A stretch of DNA of 64,000 nucleotides from Pocillopora damicornis. Its lineage: Eukaryota. Positions within the stretch are counted from its first letter, which is position 1. Each line of letters opens with the position of its first letter. Shown one piece after another: positions 36,901-47,596 of the stretch. Location: the NCBI RefSeq assembly GCF_003704095.1, contig NW_020845543.1:310001-374000 (forward strand), written 5' to 3'. The notes beneath the pieces were generated by a model. That model had not been told where the DNA came from. It ran no database searches and saw only the letters and a list, made by a program, of their open reading frames with translations. The position numbers and the translations under genes were made by a program.

Positions 36901-39900
36901 CCTTTCCCAAGAAATTTTTTTAAGCTATTCTCTTCAGACAGGAAAATCTGAGATGAGTCAGGGAGAGGTTTGCCAGGGGCTGGCATTTTTCATTTTGAGA
37001 TATTTACTTCAAAGGTAAGAGTAGATTAAAAACATTTCAGCCAAGTTGTAAGTCAGAGTTTTGATTCAAACATGAAAGTAATGGACTTTCTTCATGATGA
37101 ACATTCTCTCACATTATGATTGCAGAATGGCACAAAAACACTATGATAGGTGTTCACCTGGATACAAGCTAAGAGCCAACACTCTGCACAGGCCTCATGC
37201 AGAGCATAAAGCAGGCCACAGCTACACTGTAAAGATTCCTGGAGTTGCATTTTTTGTTGTAATCAATTTAAAATTGCATATCATATTTAATCCTGTTTCA
37301 CTTGTTTCTTTAAATAACTACTTTTCAGGTAATTTAGAGCTTTGAGTGAAAAACATAGGAACAGCTCAAGAAATATAAGGTGTATTTATTGGAAAGTACC
37401 AATCATAGAAATTTAAACAGTATATGCTGTAACAATCTCTGTTTACCTGACAACATTTGGATAAGATTGCTGCAGCTCCCTCCGCATTAGACAAAGAACT
37501 AGACAACAGGTCGACAAGCTGTGGTACTATGCTTTGATCCTGAGAATTAAGTCAAATAATTATAAAAAATTTTTGTAAAGTAACATTTAATGTGACATGC
37601 AATATAATAAAAACTACAAAACACAATCGAAAAACAAACATGAGTTGGGAGAATTTAGTTAGTTGGAGTAATTTTCACAATTTATACACTCACAACTGTA
37701 AGTGTTAGATCTTGGATGCACCACAGAAGATCCATGAGTGAGTGTTTGCCTTAAAATTGTAAATTATTGCATCCTGCTTATAAAACATTCTTGCTTAAGT
37801 AAATTTAAGAGACCTCCACTCTTCCAACTTCATTAAGACCTCACTTATCAATTGGGTACTTCTTGCATGAACCATGGAAAAAACTCCAGATTTCTTTCCT
37901 TTTCTTTTAATAATTTGTCTTTACTCTTCACACTTTTTGGGAGTCTTGAATCTCAGTTTGAGTTATTAATGAGATTAATACAGGAATCAGTTGTAGATGA
38001 AGAGTACACAATCCGAATAAAACTTTGCAATTTTACATCTACACTACGAAACAGAAAAGATAGGGAGGCATATACTCTAAACAAACTAACCTCAATGACT
38101 GGTACACATGAAGATTCATAGACTGTCCTCAGTGATCTGACAGATGCTTCAACAACTCGAGAATCTGAATGACAAATTCCTGCCACAACAATAAACAGGC
38201 AAGGGCTTACTCATACATACACCCCATCGAGATAAGACTGCATTCTTGTAGAGATCATTTATTTGGTACAAGTAAATTTTTTTTCAGTAAAATGTGTCCA
38301 GTATGACTCAGTACCATGGAGTCAGGCATTGGCTTTGCTTTTCATCCCAAGATCTGATTCTTAATTCTCCCCTCTAGCAACTAAACATTTTCTTGTAAAT
38401 ATTACGTAACAAGAGTTTGGTACTACTGCTGTAGATCAAGATGACAGCTTCTACCTGATAAGTTTAAGTATTCTCATTACCTGTTTGCTGGATAATGTAT
38501 GGATATTACAGGGAGAAGTTGTATGTTAATCACTTCAGGGAATGAAAAATTAACCACTGACTCTTAGAAGTTAAAAAATGTTACAGCCAGCAACTTGACT
38601 GCTGAACAAAAGTTCCAAAGTGGCCAATTACACTGTTACTTTAGTTAACAAATGTTTTGTTGTTGACATGGTGACCAAAAGCAGATACAGGAGCCCTGCA
38701 TTGTTTACATGCATAACCACCCAAGTTGGTTCAGTCAAGATAGCTAGATGAAGGCCATTTTTACATTCTTTAATGAGTTTTTATGGGCCAAGACATTACA
38801 GGTCTAAAATTTAAACACCTCCAAAAAAATAGACGTAATGGAGCAAATATCCACACACATTTTGCAGTTCCTTGATTGCTGTTTAAAACTGTTGGAAATT
38901 TTTTTCTTGTAGGAAAAAAAAAATTCCCCCCACAAGCTACTTACAAAGTAAACCAACCAGCTTTGAGAATTTTTTTCCCAGCTGAATAAAGGTGAGCAAT
39001 CCTAAAAGGACTGGATGGCTGTAACTGGCCAAAGGATTTAATTTAGCTTTACCTTACCCAGTTAGGAAATCATTTATGTATTTATCAATAAATTACATGT
39101 ACTATAACCTTACATCTTTAAAAAGATGGTTAATGTTTCAACCAAGAATACTTGTTTCTGTTAATCTGATACATGTATTTGTCTGATTCGTTAACATTAG
39201 CTCATCACAGTGAAAGACAATTTACTACATAAGAACCAATAATTATAACAACTTACCTTTTAAGAACACATCCAGAGATTTTGCATCTATAAGAGCTTGG
39301 ACATTCTCAGCTGAACCTGTTAACCAAAAAAAAATGGGAATAAAAGGAAAATCAAAGCAGTATAATCTAAAATACAATAAATACTGATTCTGGATTATAC
39401 CCCCAAACTCCCAAAGCTCTAATTGTATAGGGAATATAAATATCAATTTTAGAGTGGAAATTGTTGGTAAGCCCTACCTCTTGCCAGACTCCCTAACAGT
39501 ACAACTGACTCCACAACAAAGTCAATCCCAGTATCATCTTGCATAAGTAGTTGAAGTATCTTTGGTATAATATCAAGTCTGATGAATGAGGATTTCTTTG
39601 CCTTATTACCAATGACAGCATTCTTTATATTACTGCAATGACAGAAAATAAATGATCCCAGGGCAATCAATGGGCATTGTATATAAGAGAATAGTGGCTC
39701 CTGTTGCTGAGGAGGTTTAACCTGCTATATTTCAATCAATACTCTAAATTTACATGGAAAATATTTTCTTGTTATTGGTACATGTGCTTTAATATTCATT
39801 CTCCTACTACAATATCTATTTATTAAGCCCATCAAGAAAGCCTCCACAATGGTTTCAAATATATTTTTGATTATCATTTTGATTGTGTGTGTCCACAGTT

Positions 39901-41015
39901 AAGATAGAAACAAATTAACATAGTTTTTTTACACACAGATATAATTATCACATACTGTACATTACCCTGTGGAATAATTTAAAGCCTGGGATTTGGACTT
40001 ACGTGGAGAAGAACTAAACTGGGAAGAATGATTACAAAATGCACTTAAATCAAATGATCTGTTAACTTGAAAAAATAAAAAGGTGCAGCTTGACTTTGAG
40101 AAGTTTTAAGTTTTTTTTTGTGACAGACCCACACAGACTTATCAGCCTTCGCAATGTCATTTTGAATCAGTCCTTCGCGGATTTCTAGATCATTCTGCAC
40201 CTCTTGTGAGATAAGAGGTGATACAGCAGGTGGTGAAAATAGTTATATAATAATTATAATGGGGCTGAACTAATTGAAAAGGGCTTCTTCAGTCAGCATT
40301 AAAGGCTACACAAAAGTTTACTAGAATTGGGAGTAGCTTTAAAAACTATAAGGATTCCAGTACTGAGGGGCAGTTTATTTGGGACCATGGGATCACAAGA
40401 GCATTTAGTGACTTCCCCATTAAATGTAAGATCGTGTCGCTAAAGCTTTAGTCTTTGTAACCTGTGATATATATAATTGTAACCACAACAGTATAGACAC
40501 TGATGCAAGACTATGTAAGAACATAGATGTTTAAATCTAGAAACAATAAAAAGATAAAATTTTAGGGTAAAAATTCAGACAAATGCAAGAGATGTTTGCT
40601 ACATGCTGTCCTAAAATATATATGAGTAAGCTTCTGTAGCTTAACGACGAGCTTGAGTTGTAGATTAATTGTGTGAGTAAATAGACAATTACGACTTCGC
40701 CGGAATTTGTTAACCGCAGAGCAGAAATAAAAAATAACACTCTGTTACTAAGAGAATATCTTCATGGAACTCCAGAAGGTAACATTTAAGCTTACATAAC
40801 CCACAACAATAAATTTACGAGAGCATAAAAAGTCACTGATCTTACGTTACGGCTTGAAGTCTGTCATCGTAATCAGAGGAGGAAAGGTTATTTACAAAAA
40901 CTTCGTCCGTGTCCGGCTCCTAGAAGAAACGCCTCACTGAGTAAAGCATTTGGGAAATATACTGCAAGTTCAAATATCAGTAGCCTTAGCTTACCGTAAA
41001 TACCGGCATTTTCAT
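22123..41015 (-). CDS. ARMC8: Armadillo repeat-containing protein 8 (GID5/CTLH E3 ligase subunit), 19 exons, ~650 aa
   Basis: Minus-strand exons, all GT-AG and phase-consistent (1953 nt): 41015-40995, 40919-40846, 39632-39478, 39316-39257, 38179-38091, 37539-37447, 36787-36631, 35839-35749, 35295-35232, 34374-34299, 33427-33300, 32791-32735, 32375-32124, 30968-30876, 30719-30646, 30339-30264, 24323-24225, 23521-23259, 22153-22123. Recognisable ARMC8 peptides: [71 protein letters not shown]. Minus-strand AATAAA at 22074-22079. Confidence 0.95.
22280..22500. repeat. Degenerate ~17-bp tandem array (aagcc(c/t)ctctctccaa), probably the subterminal repeats of a DNA-transposon relic
   Basis: About 10 imperfect units following a taccgtaa start, in the last ARMC8 intron. 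Confidence 0.7.
24866..25054 (+). mobile_element. Penelope-like palindromic repeat, copy B (degenerate hammerhead)
   Basis: Inverted arms aaattggccaccgtaaa / tttacgatggccaattt surround ttgacaaaggctaatgctcGAAACGTCagc. Lies in ARMC8 intron 16, ~1.2 kb upstream of the TLR start. Confidence 0.7.
25755..25765. promoter_or_regulatory. Perfect palindromic NF-kB (kB) site GGGGATTCCCC
   Basis: Exact match to the classic MHC class I/p50-type kB palindrome, ~525 bp upstream of the TLR ATG. An IRF-like GAAAGTGAA (minus strand, 25782-25790) lies 16 bp away. Confidence 0.65.
25988..26006 (+). promoter_or_regulatory. Putative TLR core promoter: IRF-like GAAACGAAA plus TATA box TATAAATA
   Basis: GAAACGAAA at 25988-25996 and TATAAATA at 25999-26006, ~285 bp before the ATG. 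Motif match only. Confidence 0.45.
26290..29241 (+). CDS. TLR: Toll-like receptor, multi-cysteine-cluster (Toll/mccTLR) type, intronless, 983 aa
   Basis: Signal peptide; LxxLxLxxN repeats; LRRCT ([12 protein letters not shown]); internal LRRNT (CPQRCLC..IDC); further LRRs; second LRRCT ([11 protein letters not shown]); TM ([21 protein letters not shown]); TIR with box1 YDAFVSY, box2 [19 protein letters not shown] and box3 FW. AATAAA at 29449-29454. Lies wholly inside ARMC8 intron 16 (24324-30263). Confidence 0.96.
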   Translation: MKGYHQIIICVLTFCMVKVTSQKSAGSKHCDAFRHCDWKKAPTLFVKVPTQRVVCSMKSSTGEPCTMDINQILKLLPASSDVVLYFVTDCLTPTQISFNNSLNVTKKNIISYMQIMRHCRISVEALSVWGQATDFRVFYAMANTTLMETNETLKTSSRRALKNIGSLAIDNSNPRGIPRIFRKYVWPKMAEVSLSNLQLSSIPVNLNNIMPLLQSLEVSHNNFSRPPPFPWCNTTLELPRGLERTPTANHHYQFGTIVNPKLYRRFFDLSYNNIVDLATHEFKGLLNALNLEGNGLKAVGPKCFLGLNGIQVINLRNNKLNDLPSQLFQGLRSLLKLRLDHNNISSLPIQLFKNLTNIKRIDLGSNKLSFVQNELFTNLKSCEILNLNDNQITLVDDDAFPTDSSSLQKINLQNNKITRIPSSLLLQRHATEINLSFNELNFQDLRNLFKQIDLNTFLYHHRDTASSVRFRLKESFNQISFAYNKFSKINVKTLNKTEIGLFEFLLQIYTIDMTGNLLKCDCDILVLTRWLRSLMLKHPRIQNVHFETWKCTAPDEVKDKPILSVHEDEFKCQRNLKNCPQRCLCYVRAMDEAVVIDCKGRNLTELPSKVPRGNLVLHAENNNIREILPHSYLENVSALYLTENDIHVVNESIVRKLTQTKILFIDSNKLTSLPRNIEDVNFTILAINHNFFKCDCTTKWMKYWLLRESSKIQNMENVLCNSENAQGKAIYSLPDDEFVCQISANDDTNTPSTTMGTEYKVIALTLAGALVLTFIVFFVIFKYRGEMKVFMFTHFNWHPFDRIDDSDPSKLYDAFVSYNGNDHRWVSNTLWDRLENHDPPYKLCVHDRDFQVGKTIQENIFKSVDQSKRMIMVLSNNFLKSEWCLLEFRAAHRKVLEERTNYLIIILLDDVNMDELDEEMKLYMRTNTYLSVNNKWFWQRLYYAMPHITVRQIRARNLSNTPSNVTSHSVAQSVFTNGAYSVS
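31330..32095 (-). mobile_element. 5'-truncated L2/CR1-group LINE relic
   Basis: Minus strand shows decayed RT C-terminal peptides ([16 protein letters not shown].., FKNLQILNF.., [24 protein letters not shown]), then a 3' UTR ending in aataaa and (tcaa)-like repeats near 31330-31355. Confidence 0.65.
32507..32710 (+). mobile_element. piggyBac-type MITE
   Basis: Internal blocks (taattctcctta, aatttagtattggatca, aaattctgtctt, gggagtt) shared with 41527-41737. Confidence 0.65.
32843..32990 (+). mobile_element. Tc1/mariner-type MITE fragment
   Basis: Starts ta-cagtcgaacccgtatt with repeated tattaagcggtcac subterminal motifs. Related sequence at ~36150-36570 and ~43670-44300. Confidence 0.55.
34909..35146. 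mobile_element. MITE with GGCCCAGTTGTT-type terminal inverted repeats (PIF/Harbinger-like)
   Basis: Imperfect TIR pair gggcccagttgtttaaag ... ctttgaacaacccaggc. Superfamily assignment is an inference. Confidence 0.6.
35420..35745. repeat. Degenerate purine-rich (GACA/GATA/GGAA)n simple repeat
   Basis: Strong strand purine bias with gaca/gata tetramers, in the ARMC8 intron between the exons at 35749 and 35295. Confidence 0.8.
36150..36570. mobile_element. Tc1/mariner-type MITE
   Basis: Ends cttaatacaggtttgacagta, the complement of a ta-cagtcaaacctgtattaag-type TIR. Internal tattaagc repeats. Confidence 0.55.
38341..38553 (+). mobile_element. piggyBac-type MITE
   Basis: cccaagatctgattcttaattctcccctctag ... 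ttctacctgataag ... gggagaagtt ... ttaa. Shares blocks with the 14941, 32507 and 41527 copies. Confidence 0.6.
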
Positions 41016-41526
41016 GGTGAAAACGAATCATATACATGTACCACAACTCTTTGCTACGTCAGCAGCTATAATCGAAGGCTCGCTAATAATAATGCGGTCT
41101 CCGTCGTGTAAAAAACCACCAAGAGTCCTTGCCCTCTCAAGAGCGCTGTAAAATTGGTGTCTGAACATTTAGCGTAATTTTCAACTGATAACCATTAAGG
41201 ACCAGGGCCCCATTTCTCGAAGATCCCGGTAACTTAATGGCCCAAAGCAATGTTTTAAAGTTAAAATTTTAAGATTATAGAGGCAGGTTTTGGCACTCTA
41301 ACAAGTCAAATTTTTTAAACTGATAGATATATTGCAGAGTTTTCAAACTTTTTAAACTCCCATTTTGAAAGAAAACAGAACATCTTTATGGGCCTGTTCA
41401 GTTACCGGAACCTTAGAGAAAACCACTGCCTTACATTATTCATCCCAGAGGATGAGGAGGAGTTTTGAGGGAATCACAAGGTTTTCAGGGGGAATGAGGC
41501 AAGGATCAGACATCACCAACAACGTA

Positions 41527-41737
41527 TTGACCCTTTAATTCCCGAGTCTCATTATTAATTCTCCTTAATGTCTACCATACAGTTCTTGTGATGTTAGTTT
41601 GCAGAATTTAGTATTGGATCAACTTTTAATCCCGTAGCTGATATCTTTCTTTATTCTCATCACTTGTCTGCTTGATATTGTATTGATATTGTAAAGAGAA
41701 ATTCTGTCTTGGTCACTCGTGGGAGTTGAAGGGTTGA
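41527..41737. mobile_element. Full-length piggyBac-type MITE with TIRs and 4-bp flanks
   Basis: TIRs CCCTTTAATTCCC (41531-41543) and GGGAGTTGAAGGG (41721-41733), each flanked by TTGA. A related copy at ~42186-42368 ends in gggttaa. Confidence 0.75.
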
Positions 41738-43435
41738 GGGTGGACAAAAAAATATTTGATGGCCCATGATGAGGGATCATAAGAATATTTCAGAGCATTA
41801 CAGAGGGGGTGGGGTGGAGGTGGGGGGGAATCAGAAGTGACAGAACCAAATCCTCCAACCCAAGAGCTTAAGTTGACGAGAGGCAGGAAAGGAAATGAGA
41901 GAGGCAGGCCCTCAATGATCAAAGATCGGATAACACTATCCACTGGATAAATCTCTACCCAATGGATAACAATAAACACTATAAGTAATAAACACTATAA
42001 GTTTTACTATCACTTATCTACTGGATAGCGATTTAACTATTAGGTAACCAGGCCCAAGACATTTGGGTGCACAAAACTTAATTATTTTCTCCTAAGCTTT
42101 TTATCCCCACCACTTAACACAGGGCAGTTGCATCAGTATGACATGGTTTCACCCATGAGGCAAAATAATTGGGCCTAAAGTTTTCGACTTTTTACACCCA
42201 AACATTAGTGTCCATATTCTCCACACTGTTCACCATAAACACTTGATAATCAAGAGCTTTTTCGGTTGGCAATCATTTCCTTTATTCTCATGACCTTCAT
42301 GTGTGATGCAGGGGTGATATTGTAAGGAGAAATTAGATGCTAATCACTCTTAGGGGTCAGAGGGTTAAGGTAACAATGCCTCACTTTATAAAGATATCTA
42401 GATTGAAGGCCTCTTCAAAGATAGTTCTTAAGTGCCTAGTTTCACCAACGATTATAAAGATGTGTCAAAAAAAATGCTGGGGGAACCACCATCTGGCTCC
42501 AAGTCAACTCGCATCATATCCAAGGACAGTAACTTTAATTAAAACAAGTCTCTTAAAGATAACAAAAATTGGCTATGCACTTGCAATGGAAATCATACAA
42601 GCCATGCTGATAAGTCCTTTTGCTGTCTGGATATTTAGTTTTTCCATATGTTAGAGATTCATTGTCATTCATTGTCTTGAATTTGGCATGTCAAGGAAAA
42701 ATTAAGTGCACCTGAACAAATATCAAACTTTTGTAAAACATCAGTTTTGCAGTGAAAGGAAACTTTAATGGCATGAAATCTTTGGTAGTATCAAATTACT
42801 CACTCAAGGGTATCAATAAAGCAACCACAAAATTCTCCAAAATGAAAATTCCACTATGATTTGAGCCCCAAAGGATATGTGATTTTTACTAAAAAAAAAT
42901 TTCAGGTTAGCCAGACTAGAAAAATGTGCCTTTTGAAACCCATTCTTTAAGTATATTTCCCAAGAAAGCAAGCTAATTAATCCAACAAAGATCTTTGGGG
43001 TCAGAGTCTTAAGTGGGTTGCCAATCTGTTAGGGCAACTCTACTCCTTTTGTTCTTGACATTTATCAAAATTTCTTGTGTTATTTCTACTGCTAGTAAAG
43101 AATACCTTTAAAAATACTCTTTTCTTAATTTAGAAGTACATGTATTATTCATCAGGGTTACAGCTGGGTGTATATTTAAAAAAAAGAGTGCAATAGCCAC
43201 ATGTTATTACATATTTATTTACAGCACTATACAAGTCTTGTTGTGAGCCTGCAAATTTGTTGCCCATTATACAAGTCTGTGTTGCAGTTCAGATTAATCC
43301 AATCCACTGCCAATCTCCCAAACATGATGTATAGCTCCAGGATTTTTGTCTCATTCCTCTAAGCTGGTCAAATAACTTCAAGTACCAATCCCACACAATG
43401 TCCTCCAGCCCACATGGAGAATAAATACAGCACAT

Positions 43436-44992
43436 TTAAACTTCATCCTCATTAAGAAGCATATTTGGAATTCCATTTTTGATAGGGAACTTTCTCCCTG
43501 ATTCGGGGCAGACCAGTGATCCTTCTTGAACTTCCACCTGTACCAAAAATAATGTTAGTACATTTTCAAAAATGTTGGTTTGAATTTTCATCTAGTTTTG
43601 TTTATTTTTTAGAGTCAGGAATTTATATGCTTATATCCAATGCTTCCACAGAGTCTGACATGCTAATTATGGTTGGACCTGTATTAAGCAGTCACTGGGA
43701 ATAGTGGAGCACCTGCTTAATACAGGTTGACCACTTATTAAAGGTTTCCTGGAATAGGGTTAACCATAATAAAAAATCTCCATTTTATGCCATAATTGGT
43801 CACTTAATATACAGTTCATTCAACACCTTAATAAAAAATGCATTGACCTCTTGTTAATAAATAGCAACAACAAAATGGTGGCACAGTAAAAAAAAATGAG
43901 CAATAACAGCAGAATTACTGTACACAGTATACTGTTATCAAGCAGTTGGACCCCCAAGTCATTATTAACTAGCAAATGACTTGCATGAAGTTCATGCAGA
44001 ATATTTGTCTCAACAGTCCTAAGAAGAGAAATCATCTGCTTTGCATTGGAGACATTTCAACTCAAAGTAATAACACTGATTTCAGGAGAAAAACATTAAA
44101 TTAATTTTAGTTAAGAGATAATTCCCAGCTTTATTTGAGTGACTGTTCAAAACAGGTGAATACAACACAAATAGGCTTCTGGGGTTCACACCATGTGACC
44201 ACTCAATGAAGGTGAAAATTACAGAGTTTATGGCAAAAACAGTTTGGGACTATGACAAGTCACCATTTAATACTGGGTGACCAGTTAACACAGGTTAACC
44301 TTTATCACGGTACCCAATGTTATCTTTCATAAAAATTCCATACTTGAATATATGTGTGGATATAAAATACAAAAAATATGTACAATCACTTGTAATTTGT
44401 TTCAAAACTACATACCTCGAGCAGAACATGATGTGCTTTCTTTAAGAACTCTTCATCTTTTTCATAGTCTGGGATCAATTCATCAGGTAAACCCCCAGAC
44501 CGTCCCACCTTAAAACGAATGTGAAAAATAGATTAAGTCAGTTGTATAGATCTTTTCTTGAGTTCAAACCTTAAACTCTTAGGAGTGACTAGTAAGTATT
44601 CGTTTAAGTATTCTCACTTGCTGCGCTGCTTGTACGAGAGCACCCCAGTCCACTTTCGGAATCATTCGCGAGATGAATTCAGGGTTGAAATCCACCTCAT
44701 TAACAACAACATTCACGACCTGAAGGAAAAAAGGAGAGGATATAACACACTAAAATAAATTTTATAAATGAATTACGGCTTCAAAGTAAACGAATTTAAG
44801 GCTATTAACACTGTAGATCAAATAAAGCGACTCCAGAATGTATGCACGTGCACGTCGAAGATGTCCATTTTTGTTTCAATTATTTGACAACTACTTCGTT
44901 AAAAGTTAATCAACTACCTCTATAGCCAAAGGATATCCATTCTTTACGCCTTTGACGTGAGATGTAAGCATGTTATGCGTTAAAAGGCGCAT
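43436..44992 (-). CDS. TRMT112: Multifunctional methyltransferase activator subunit TRM112 (4 exons: 44992-44918, 44719-44618, 44508-44416, 43537-43436; 123 aa)
   Basis: Spliced product (all introns phase 0, GT-AG): [25 protein letters not shown]|[34 protein letters not shown]|[31 protein letters not shown]|[33 protein letters not shown]. Clear Trm112 signature; absent from the ORF track because the exons are short. Confidence 0.97.
43670..44300. mobile_element. Tc1/mariner-type MITE in TRMT112 intron 3
   Basis: Imperfect TIRs ggttggacctgtattaagcagtcac ... gtgaccagttaacacaggttaacc. Related to 36150-36570. Confidence 0.55.
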
Positions 44993-45162
44993 TTTTGGCT
45001 ATTTTATCACGTAAATAAGGGGAGGTTTGCCACAGTTTCCACCGCGGAACACCCGCTGAACTACTCTGTGGGCTCATGCATGCAGATGAGGCTGAAGGAA
45101 CACCACCGATTTGGGCGCGTATTTCACATGCAGTAGTTTGGCTGTGATGTTCACAACTGAGT

Positions 45163-45384
45163 AAAGGGGGTAAGTTTCTAAGGAAACCGTGGTGCTGTGT
45201 CGGTGAGAGAGCATGACAGGGTAATTTGGTATTATCAACTCAGTTGATATCGTAAATTGGCCACCGTAAAGAGTTTAAAAGCTGACGTTTCGAGCCCTTT
45301 GTCATTCACTCTGACGAAAGCTAAACGCTCGAAACGTCAGCTTTCAAACTCTTTATGGTGGCCAATTCACGTTATCATCTCAGT
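45163..45384 (+). mobile_element. Penelope-like palindromic repeat, copy C (best-preserved hammerhead core)
   Basis: Long hairpin: aattggccaccgtaaagagtttaaaagctgacgtttcgagc pairs with gctcgaaacgtcagctttcaaactctttatggtggccaatt. Located ~170 bp upstream of the TRMT112 ATG. Confidence 0.75.
45308..45341 (+). ncRNA. Minimal type I hammerhead ribozyme motif (imperfect copy)
   Basis: act-CTGACGA-a-agc taaac gct-c-GAA-AC-GT-C-agc. It has both catalytic boxes (CUGANGA 45311-45317; GAAA 45331-45334), a short stem II, a palindromic loopless stem III (ACGT) and a GUC cleavage triplet ending at 45338. The G-C pair at the base of stem II is lost in this copy. Confidence 0.6.
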
Positions 45385-47596
45385 CAAAACAGCCACAGAG
45401 TTACACTTACTTTGGAGAGTGATTTGACAACCATTCTAAAACTGAATAATTACTATCGTTCTCTTAAATCCGTTTTTGCCGGTTATCCATTTTCAAGCAG
45501 AGCTCTTTTTGCTGATATTCAGTGTACTCGACTGCTTTTACTAAAAGTTCCCAATAAAAAAAAACGAAAAGAATACCAAATGGCTTAATTGTTAAATCCA
45601 ACTGGAAAACCGAACTGTAAGAGCTGTCTCAATTGCCTCACATCAGTCACAAAAAAAAAACTCCAAGATTGTCTGTATATTTGCTCAACAAGTGTGCCAA
45701 TGTCAAAAACGTGTGTTACACACAACAAAAAAGGTGTTTGCTACACAGTGGATCAATTTGCTTAGATAACTGAACTGGGAACTCATAGTCTCATGGTAAA
45801 ATAGGCCATGAAACAACTACCATGAAAACTGCTGCACTTTAGTACACCCATGCATCCATTGACATCTTTCATCATACCTTTCAAATAGACCTAAAGCGCA
45901 GTACAGCTGTAGGTGTGCAACTATCCAATACTACATTCATTTCATTTTGCACTAGACACACATACGCAGCGCGGACCTACTTTTGATGTTGTAAACAAGG
46001 CGGTCAAACGACTGCGTATTTGTGAAAGTTTTATTAGCTGTCAGAATCAGGTTGTTTTACATGAGTTACAACAAGCATACAAGCCAGTGAGTCACGGTGT
46101 TTTAAAAGCGTATAACTTTTTCGATAAAGCTCCAAACAGAGATGCAGATCGACATGATACCCATACTAGAATAAGCATTGTGCTCGTAAAGTCTCGAGTT
46201 TTCCTTTTACAGATTTCTAGGAACGTTTCGATTTTGCGAGACAGGGGTTGTTTCTTACGTCTTCCTTTTAAAATTTTGCGCGGAAAATTGGCGCGTGGGC
46301 GGCCAGAATTGATCCCCTCTCGCATGCTCGGCGTTTAACCGCTGTATTGGTGTTGTATAGGTGTTTGGAACGTGATTAGTTCAAAGTTGTTTCATTTTGC
46401 GATTGTAACTTGGATTACCATTATAATGTCATTACAGCAACTCTTGGGTTTACTGATAAAGTGGTGACGCGATCATTAAAATTAATCCTCAGAACTGAAA
46501 TACATCATTCGCGTTACAACTTATGAAAGTGTTCTTAATTAAGCTTATATTCAGACATGTAGTTCATGTCAGGAGCTCATCACCAACGATGGGCTCCTGT
46601 TCATGTTAAAAGAACTTTCAAACAGTTGTTTGAGGGGAAATGAGTGCAAAAGAGAGTCACAGCCTCCTCAGACTCGTAGACTCAATTAAGAGCGCCAAGT
46701 AGGTTAGTGGTTAGGAGAACGCATATTATTCGTGTGTTATCCAGATGCTGTGCGATTTCAGGGTTCGGGTCCCATCTTGAACTGAATGTCCACTCGCCGC
46801 GGTTTCGTGCGAGAGCTTTGATTATCGCTGGCTAAGTGAAGTTCTGCAGGTTAAGTCACACTTAGTAAACTGCTGTAAAACAAAATATAACCTTATTTTA
46901 AGTTTGTTCTTCTGTTCGATTTGACCATCGCAGCTACATCAAGTCTGTAGTGAGCTGGAAGAACAATCCCTCACCACGAGAATGAGCGAATATTCAGGTT
47001 CAATATTCTTATTGAAGTGAGGGATGAAACCAATCCCCGTTATCAGCTTAATTTGAACAACACGTTGCCCCTGAAATTTGACGTAAACTCGCAGTAGCAT
47101 AGCTTTCCGGGCCCCTCTCGGCCATGGTTTTAATAAGCTGGATTTCAAATGCAACGAAAGATACAGCTTGTCCAAAAAAAAGGCACCCAATTTTTTTTCC
47201 ACTCCCTCGCCTGAAGTTTATGCGAGACATTGTATTGTGTTTTGAAGTGAAATCCTTGATATTTTATTGATTCAAGTAGTTTCAAAATTGTTTTCATGTA
47301 TTGTTGTGTTTCATTTACCTTGAGGATCTAAAATGACCTTGACCGCGTACGTGCTTACCATTTCTTCGATATGGGTGAACATATATTTAGAGATAACACA
47401 AGTGGAATTGAGATTCTGAGACAATTTGCTCTTTAAACCAAGATATACAGACTAGTGACACAATTTGTTTTGCCTTGTTCAAAGTTACTCATAAATAGGA
47501 GACTGTATTGCTGCTGCATCAAGGACATGTAACTCTATGAGTTACTTCCGTTTCATCTGTCTTAAAACCAGTTCATAGCTAGGCTAAGATTATAGC

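Noticed and set aside
45913-46338. 141-aa plus-strand and 77-aa minus-strand ORFs
   Set aside because: No identifiable domain or supporting exons.
46690-46775. A-box/B-box-like words (tagtggttag ... ggttcgggtcc) suggesting a tRNA
   Set aside because: No cloverleaf can be folded; at most a SINE relic.
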